Part shown: one piece after another, positions 55,579 through 64,000 of the stretch
How positions within the stretch are numbered: the first letter of the stretch is position 1
How the letters are laid out: the number at the start of each line of letters is the position of its first letter
Source: Eledone cirrhosa
Taxonomy: Eukaryota
DNA: 64,000 nt
Direction: 5' to 3'
NCBI GenBank assembly: GCA_964016885.1
Contig: OZ024742.1
Location: forward strand, 125,550,001 to 125,614,000
Translations under genes and position numbers: made by a program
The notes under the pieces: generated by a model
What the model was told of the DNA's origin: nothing
Seen by the model: the letters and a program-made list of their open reading frames with translations, nothing else
The model's database searches: none

Positions 55579-55669
<91 letters not shown>

Positions 55670-55671
55670 TG

Positions 55672-55812
55672 TATAAGTTTATCCGGTTTTCAATCGGGGG
55701 TAACCACAGTAAGTAAGGTACTCAATACATAGCATAGTATGAATATTTAATATAGAAATGTCTTCTACAGGACTAGAACTGTTTCATTCGGGAGAAATCA
55801 CAAGAAGCCATA
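55672..55812 (-). mobile_element. Solo HHR element (49370 family), decayed core
   Basis: Reverse complement of 49380-49520 with a CTTGTGA core. Confidence 0.7.
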
Positions 55813-55814
55813 TC

Positions 55815-56150
55815 AAAGCACGTGACTCAGTGGTTAGAGCGTTGGGCTTGCAATTGTGAGTTTGTGAGTTCGATTCTTGGACCGGGTGATGAGTTGTGCC
55901 ATTGAGTAAGTTATTATATTTCACCCATGCTCCAGTTCATGCAGCTGTGGTAATGAGTTGTGATGTCACTGATGCCCGGCTGTATCGGCCATTGCCTTTT
56001 CTTTGGACAGTATCGGCGTCGTGGAGAGGGGAGAATGGTGTACAGGGGTGACTGCTGGTCTTCGACAAACAAACATGCCCGAATTTGTGCCTCGGAAGGG
56101 AACATTCTAGGTGCAAATCCCATAGCCATTCGTGACCGAATGGTGTCAAA
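55815..56150 (+). mobile_element. tRNA-derived SINE (family 2), near full length
   Basis: TGACTCAGTGGTTAGAGCG, AGTTCGATTC, TGCTCCAGTTCA.GCAGCTG. Confidence 0.78.
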
Positions 56151-56155
56151 GATTT

Positions 56156-56217
<62 letters not shown>

Positions 56218-56260
56218 CGTGTGTGTGTGTGTGGTTACCTCCGATTCAACCCGGAATAAC

Positions 56261-56296
<36 letters not shown>

Positions 56297-56358
56297 AAAT
56301 CTGTACAACTGTCTGTTATCGAAAAAAGCTTTTTTACACCCACCCACACACACACACA

Positions 56359-56422
<64 letters not shown>

Positions 56423-56425
<3 letters not shown>

Positions 56426-59014
56426 TATTGAAGTTTCCGTTGAAAACAGAAAAAGTCATAGGAGTGAAGAGTGCTCTATGCAAGTGCCAGAGCAAAATTT
56501 AATGTATAAAAAACAATACAATATAATTACCTCATTACCAGAGGTTTCCCTAATAAGGCGAATACGAAAGAAACGTCTTCATTCGTTCGTCGGACGAGGC
56601 AATATAAAACATAGCTAAATATTTGGAAAGTCTCCTCAAGAAATGCAAAAAAAATTATATAAATATAGATAATACAATATACATATAAAATATATAAAAA
56701 TGTTTAAAGAAATATAGTTAGGTGTGTGTATATGTATGTATATACACTCACAGATGTACATATGTATGTATGTACAAATGTGTGTGTATAGTGAAAATGT
56801 GTGAGTAAATATATATATGAGGGCAAGTATATCTGTGTATCTGTAACTACAGACACAGATGAAATGAGTGTCCGGTTGACAGGTATACAGAAAAACAGGG
56901 TATTAGATACATTATAAGAATATGAAGGCACGCGTATAAACACACACACACGCGCGTACACTTATATGCGGAAGAAAAAGAGGTAGGGGAGTGTAATAGT
57001 AAAAAGAAAGTATCATTCTCGATATATTGATAAAAATGGAACAATAATTTAGAAAGAATTGCAAAGTAAGGAAAAGAAAACAAATAAGGTATACGCGTAC
57101 ATACACACATATATCTATAAGAAACGTATATCTATAAAAATATATATATACACGCAAAACGTGCAGACGAATGCGTATGCAAGTATACATACACACACAG
57201 GATGCACATATATATATACATACACCTCGCCGCATGTATATCTAATCACGCGTACGTACGCGACTGTATACACACACACACATACACACACATAAATATA
57301 TACATACATATATACATACGCACACTTACACATCCATACATTCAGTACGTACACACACACACACACACACACACATACATACATACACTCACGCACGTTG
57401 ACCCGCTTACATGCACACACATAAAAATGAGAATGTAAAAAAAACATAGATGTAAAATACACAGATATAAAAACACACATACATACACATATATATATAC
57501 ACGCACGCGCGCGCACATACGGAGGCGTTCGTGTACATATACAGAAAGTGTACACACATAAAGACGCTCAGACACATAGATACAGGGTGTAAAAACAGCC
57601 TTGTGAATAAGTGAGTACAAATATAAAAATAAAAATATAAAATTCGCTGCGAAATAACAGAGAATATCTGGAGTGGAAAACGCAGGTGACCTGTGTAATC
57701 AGGTAGTGAAGAAAATAGGGAAGTAAAAAGTGGAAAGTCAAGATATTAGGTAAGTGAATCGGAGAATAAGGGGGGGGGGGGTTAGTGGTGGATGTGAAGT
57801 AAATATAAAAATAAAAATTAAAATTTAAATTTAAATTTAAATTTAAATTTAAATTTAAATTTAAATGAAATTAATAATAAGGTTAAAAATGAAAGTAAAT
57901 CAGAAAAGGTAGTCTTAAAGAGAATAATAAGAGCTTATGGAGGATATGTATCTGAAAGTGTGTTAAGTTTATATGAGCTGGAAAGCAGGTGTGATTTCAT
58001 GTGTAGACAACTGGTGAAGATTTCTCTCTTTGTGTTTAGGCAGGTCTTTGTTGATTTAAGGTTTTGCAAAATCGAATATTTTTCATTTATGCAGAGCGTG
58101 CATTTTCTTGTTCCTCTTGCATATTCTTTAGATTGGTTCAAAATTGACCAATCTAATTTATATTGGATAGCTTGGTCTTTCAAATCCCATATTCTGCTAG
58201 CCAGAGCTGTTGTAAATCTTTTTTCTGGATGTCGAAAGGATGCGACATGTGAGTAATAACGCGTTTTGAATTTGTTTTGCGTCATACCCACATATCGTTC
58301 ACTAGTGGCTGGTTAGTTGTTGCTGATGGTAGTCACTTTAGCCGCATATACAATGGCTTTGGTGTTGCATTTACCTTGTAATGGGCATTGACCTTGATTC
58401 TACAGGAGCAATTTTGATGTTCTCTAGGTGATTTTTTGTTGATGGTATAGGATTTAATAGGGGGACCGCAGGAGTAGCTAATTTTGACACAGTTTCTATT
58501 AAAGATCTTATAGTATCTATATGTTCTAGGGAAATGTTTATCTAAGAGCTCTAGGAATTGTTTGCCTACATTAGTTTTAACTGCTAGAGAGTAGGGGGGT
58601 ATGAACCAGATTATTTTTCTTTTCCTATTATGTTTAATAGAGTTAGTGTAGTTGGGTATGTATTTAATCGGTTCGCTAAAACCGCTATTTTGGGGGGCTT
58701 TATTATAGTAGGGGGATGCCTTATTGAAAATAGCTTCTGAGGAAGAGAGGGTGGAGATCCTACAGCTAATATTAGGGATAAGGTTTTTAAAAACTATAGG
58801 AGGATGGCAAGAGCCTTTATTTATATATTTTAAGTTTTCATTAGGTTTATGGTATGGTTTATAAGAAGCAGTAGGCAAATCTAGGTTTATATCTAGGAAA
58901 TTTACATTGGAAAGGTTAGTGTCAACAGTAATTTGGTTTTTATTAAGTCTTTCCTTAATCTATCTAAGTTATGGCCTATGGTGGTATGGGAAACTATTAG
59001 ACCATCGTCGCGAT

Positions 59015-59015
<1 letters not shown>
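56423..59015 (-). mobile_element. PLE-5 (Naiad-like), 5' truncated at the RT YRDD motif
   Basis: FYRDDGL at ~59000, FLD, YKPYHKPN, HPP, IIWFIPPYS, CSCR, YVGMT..FKTRYYSH, CTLCINEK; long microsatellite-rich 3' UTR. Confidence 0.88.
56526..56603 (-). ncRNA. Type I HHR variant (CCGACGA core, branched stem II)
   Basis: Minus strand ATTGCCTCGT-CCGACGA-...-GAAA-cc-tct-gg-TA-ATGAGGTAAT; 10-bp stem I. Confidence 0.65.
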
Positions 59016-59075
<60 letters not shown>

Positions 59076-59240
59076 TGTGTGTGTGTGTAAAAAAGCTTTT
59101 TTCGATAACAGACAGTTGTACAGATTTTGAAGAAGCACAGACGGAGTGTGTAATATATTTCATGTTATCGTAAATGGAATCGAACCCGGAACCATGGGGT
59201 ATTACGCAATATTTTTAGTAATAACAGGTATGGTTAAGCT

Positions 59241-59344
<104 letters not shown>

Positions 59345-59363
59345 GAGAGAGAGAGAGAGGGGG

Positions 59364-59403
<40 letters not shown>

Positions 59404-59436
59404 ACACGGGTGTGTATGATTGTGTATAGAAGATTA

Positions 59437-59822
59437 TATTAGTAAAAGGAATTCCAACGTTGTCTGATTTACTCGTTTTATTTACAATCCTTTACTTTAA
59501 AATTTATAATGGTATTATAATGAAAGAGTATGATAGAGTATTAAATGTTAAGTGTTAATTGAACATGTACTTCCATGCTTTTGCAATCTTCAGGTTCATA
59601 ATGTGTGGTGACAGTCAAGTTTGCAATTTTCAACAGTTGAAAATTGCACACTTGACTGTCACCACACATTATGAACCTGAAGATTGCGAAAGCATGAAAG
59701 TTCTTGTTCAATTAACACTAAACATTTAATACTCTATCATACTATTTCATTATAATACCATTATAAATTTTAAAGGATTGTAAATAAAACGAGTAAATCA
59801 GACAAAGTTGGAATTCCTCTTA

Positions 59823-59827
<5 letters not shown>
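59437..59827. mobile_element. ~390-bp palindromic pLTR-like element centred at 59635
   Basis: TTTTCAAC-A-GTTGAAAA centre; slightly diverged arms; HHR in each arm. Confidence 0.85.
59672..59710 (+). ncRNA. Minimal type I HHR
   Basis: TGAAC-CTGAAGA-t-tgc-gaaa-gca-t-GAAA-gttc-TT-GTTCA; decayed mirror copy at 59560-59598. Confidence 0.75.
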
Positions 59828-59879
<52 letters not shown>

Positions 59880-59884
<5 letters not shown>

Positions 59885-60116
59885 AAAGTTCTATTTAAAT
59901 TGTTGGGATACAAGTAAATATTTTTATAACTGATATAAAGCACTCGACAGGTATTTGGAGTAGATATACGATATTAACATATCGTAAAACTGTGTAAAAC
60001 TGATATATATTGTATTTTGTCTGATGAAGGCATACCATAATTTAACTTGGTATCCTTGAAATATGTATAATGAAATAAATATGGTTTTATAAATATAGTT
60101 TCCATTTGTTAATATC

Positions 60117-60118
<2 letters not shown>
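59880..60118 (+). mobile_element. Solo pLTR related to PLE-2, with short inverted 5' piece
   Basis: 59990-60118 is similar to 26725-26851; 59920-59970 is the reverse complement of ~26845-26895. Confidence 0.75.
60013..60077 (+). ncRNA. Type I HHR, canonical core
   Basis: TATTTTGT-CTGATGA-aggcatacca..tggtatcctt-GAAA-tatgta-TA-ATGAAATA. Confidence 0.78.
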
Positions 60119-60169
<51 letters not shown>

Positions 60170-60176
<7 letters not shown>

Positions 60177-63160
60177 GGGTACTATTTATAGGTATGTATA
60201 TTTTAAACTTTTTATAGTTATGTATATTTTAAACTATAAACAGGGAAGGTCAGTAATGTATTACTACCTTATTACCAGTAAGATAAATAGCTCAATGTAA
60301 AAACATCAGTTGTTCTACAGAGCAGTTATACAAGAATCAAAGCTATTCACTTACAATTGTTTCATCCAAACCTAGGCTTGGAGTCTTCGGAGCATTTTTC
60401 AATTGACCTCCTATCCAACGGAAGAGACATATATATATATTGATGTACAGTGGAGTGACATATATTATACTATACTATATTTGTAAAGCAATTCAAATTT
60501 AAAATCAAAACTAAAATACATGCGGCAGATAACACAGATAATGCAAGTGATAGTTCGATAATCAGATCTAGTAGATAGTGTATGCGTTAGTCATACATGG
60601 ATCATGCAAGTGTGTCTCATTTATATACGAGTATTGTGTGACAAGGTATTACATGTAATACAAGCACTTTAAGCGGGTAAGCAAGAGTATTATGGTGGTT
60701 GTAGTGGGAGGGTATTTTTTGTATAGATCAAAAAAGTATGTGTGCAGAAAAAGAAAAAGAAAGTTATAGTTTTCGCATCCACCACATATGTTACGATGAA
60801 TTCGTATTGAATGTTTGATGTAGTAAATGATTATAACGTATTGAGGCTCAGTGATATTTAATCCATATTTATAGAATAGGTTCTTTCTGCTGCGAGAATT
60901 TACAGTGGTTTATTATCCGGAAGTGGGTGTGTAATTTAGGGGAGTTAATGCGTAAGGGGAGGTAACTAGCTGATTCTCATAACTAAATTCATTGTTCTAA
61001 CATACATTATATGGTGCCTCAATTGAGTCCCTTATTTAAAAGGTTATATATTTATATTTAATGTTAAATACAGTCTCCTCTATCATAATGTATTAAAGGT
61101 ATCTATAGGAAGTTGATTACTCCTTATTATATAGCGCTATATTGAATTTCCCACGCAGTGCTATATCTTTATATCAAAATTCACTGTAAATACAGTCTAC
61201 TCTCAAAACATATCAAAGGACCATTAGAATTGTGTCTACATAACCCTTGGTAAGCTATGGAGCAGCGTACGGCTGTTTGCATGATAATATCAAATACATC
61301 TCTTGGGTAAACAAATACATCCCTCATTTACAATGTCATTAATCTATCCATTAAGTTATACATGCATATATAATTCATATATAATTCATTGCACCACCCT
61401 ACATATAAGTTAGACAGATCCCTTATGTTAATAAATTAATCCTATATATATCTGATGTTATTACTCTATACAGATACATATATAATTCACTGCCGTATCT
61501 AGTATTTAAAGTTTATATAGACTGTATTATATTTCTATCCCTATATAATTATAAGTAATTAAAAGTAATTATATTAAAAGTTGGTGTTTATGGGGATATT
61601 TCTAGGGTATAAAGTTATAAATAGATATAATGATTTGTGTCGAGGAAAGGGTGGATCAGAGGCTGTCGTGTAGTGGTGGAAGGCAAGCCCTTGAGGTGTG
61701 GTGTTAGAAGCGGTGATGGGTTCAAGTCTGACATTGTTATATACTAGGTTTAAAGCTTTGGAAGGAGTGTCGGGAGCGGTGCTGGCACGACGCAGACACT
61801 TCTGATTTTTTATTAAGGAGGTTAAGGTTCGAAAAGATTATAGTATGGGTCTCTAGTAGACAGAGGTTACAGAATTTATTAGGTGGTTTGTACGATGCTG
61901 CCTTACCTATCACTTCCCATTGAAGTGTATAGGATCTATTTCTAGTTTTCAGATAGTGTATGTAGCTAGATAGTGAAGTGGAGTTGGCTAGACGGTGTTT
62001 TTTGAAAGAATTGTGATGTGAGTTGTATTTCGTTTTGAAGCAGTTCGAAGTAGAGCCTATATAGGTTTCAGAAGAGTTGCTAGTTCTGACCGTGCATGAG
62101 TAGATGATGTCCTTGATTAAGCAGTTTTTACCTAAAGGGCAGGTTCTATTAGATCTACAGTTACATTTATTTTGGATGTTAACCTGTCGGTTATTATGTT
62201 GTGTAGAAGTCTGGTTGCTAGGTATTGCATTATGACTATGAAGGTTGTCGCTCCTAATGCTATTGATTTCATTAGTGTTATTACTATATTACTATTGATA
62301 TCAGGGTTTGTAGTTATTACGTTGTTTTGAAAGTTTACCCCCTGCTGTGCTTTAGTTTGTTGAAAGTAAGTATTAATCTTTTTTTATTGCTACTAGCTAT
62401 GTGGTATGCTATGTTAGGCGTGGTAGAGTAGGAGATTTTAATGGTGCTTTTATTTATAAGACTATGGTACTTGTGGCCAGATGGGAAGTTTTTATCCAGG
62501 ATTGAGAAGAAAGCCTTGGGTAGGTAGAGATGTTTAGATTGAAAGGGGAGTTGAAAAATGTATTAGTTCTTCTATTTTGTTTTTTTTATATCTGTTGAGG
62601 TGTTTCCGTTTATGGTATTTTGGTGTCTTCTCTGGTGCGAGTTACGTTTGTTGCTACCCTTCGTATTAGTGTGTGTTTGGTTATTACTCTTATTACTATT
62701 TTTCATCATGGACATATTGTGAGAAATAATGTTGTAACTATGTGTTTTTATAGGTAGGAACTCAATCTCATTATTATGGCCTGATCTAGCTAATGCCTGA
62801 TTATAGTATTGTGAGTTTTTGCTAAATATGGTTTCGTCATAAGATAGATTAGAGATTCTATTGGATATTCCTTTAGAGATAGAGTTTAATATTGATCTAG
62901 GGTGGTTAGACTTGGTATCTACATAAATTAGTTTTTCGTTAGGTTTATGGAATGGTGTATATATTTTAGAGTCTAGGTAAAGGGTAGCATCAAGGAAGTT
63001 AACGTTTTTAGTGTTTTTGTCTATGGTGATACTTAGGTTATAGTTTTTGAAAGTTTTATGTAATAGTGTCCTAGTTCTTTCTATATTAAGCCTAGGTTTG
63101 GATGAAACAATTGTAAGTGAATAAATGCTTTGAACATAGCTTTGATTCTTGTGAATTCTA
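60170..63160 (-). mobile_element. PLE-6 (Naiad-like), decayed, with short inverted pLTR piece at its 5' end
   Basis: Minus strand NVNFLD (~63000), SNHP, CNCR..TCPLGKNCL, TYIGSTSNCFKTKYNSHH, CNLC, SCQHR; 63088-63152 is inverted relative to 60330-60379. Confidence 0.85.
60348..60394 (-). ncRNA. Type I HHR variant (CCGAAGA core)
   Basis: Minus strand TGCT-CCGAAGA-c-tccaagc-ctag-gtttgga-t-GAAA-caattg-TA-AGTG. Confidence 0.68.
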
Positions 63161-63184
63161 TATATATATATATATATATATTTA

Positions 63185-63410
63185 TTTAGTTATTAAAATA
63201 ACAGATTAAAGTTTAAGAAAAGAATCGCTGCTTTCACCCTTAACTGGATTTTCAGAAGATCCCGTAAAGGGTGAGAGCAGCGATTCTCTGCTTAAACTTT
63301 AATCTGTTATTTTTATAAATATTTGCTCTACGGTTCTTATATATTTGATATATATTTATCCTTATCGAGCCCTCTTTGGATTTTAGTCTTCAAATTTATT
63401 ATTATTACTA
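63185..63410 (+). mobile_element. Short fold-back pLTR element with decayed HHR
   Basis: 63196-63241 is inverted relative to 63267-63314; CAGAAGA-t-ccc-gtaaa-ggg-t-GA(G/A)A; homolog at 18200. Confidence 0.6.
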
Positions 63411-63646
63411 TATATATATATACATATATATATATACATAAATATATGTGTATATATATATGTATATATATGTATACATAAATATATGTGTATATATATG
63501 TATATATGTATATATATGTATATATATGTGTATATATATGATATATATATTATATATATAATATGTATATATAATATATATATATTCATATATAATATAT
63601 ATATATTATATATATATATATATAATATATATATAATATATATATA

Positions 63647-63985
<339 letters not shown>

Positions 63986-64000
63986 TATAATATATATATA

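Larger units (their letters stand above)
54263..55580 (-). mobile_element. Retrozyme-like array: three 317-bp tandem units plus one inverted unit, in (TA)n
   Basis: Units start at 54263, 54580, 54897 and 55214; inverted copy ~55240-55580; one HHR per unit. Confidence 0.85.

Overview
Eukaryotic, very AT-rich, (TA)n/(CA)n-laden repeat DNA. The SINE motifs suggest an octopod cephalopod, but that is an inference. No intact host gene is certain, and most of the ORF track is microsatellite noise. The window is a nest of Penelope-like retroelements (PLEs; RT plus C-terminal GIY-YIG; about 7 distinct elements, several Naiad-like) inserted into (TA)n tracts, most with an inverted 5' copy of their own 3' end. 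It also holds tRNA-derived SINEs and decayed mariner, CRE, RTE, R4 and Tx1 fragments. Reading the non-coding parts by eye shows about 20 type-I hammerhead ribozyme (HHR) motifs, intact or decayed. Notable cases: a 317-bp tandem retrozyme-like array with a compensatory U3:A8 core; a palindromic miniature family built from the 3' half of an HHR, one copy folding exactly at the cleavage site; an inverted-repeat element with HHR motifs in both polarities; and a 256-bp unit carrying a full tRNA cloverleaf. A phase-consistent 3-exon candidate for a secreted host protein lies at 16.8-17.2 kb (minus strand). All structures were derived by manual inspection; coordinates of decayed elements are approximate.
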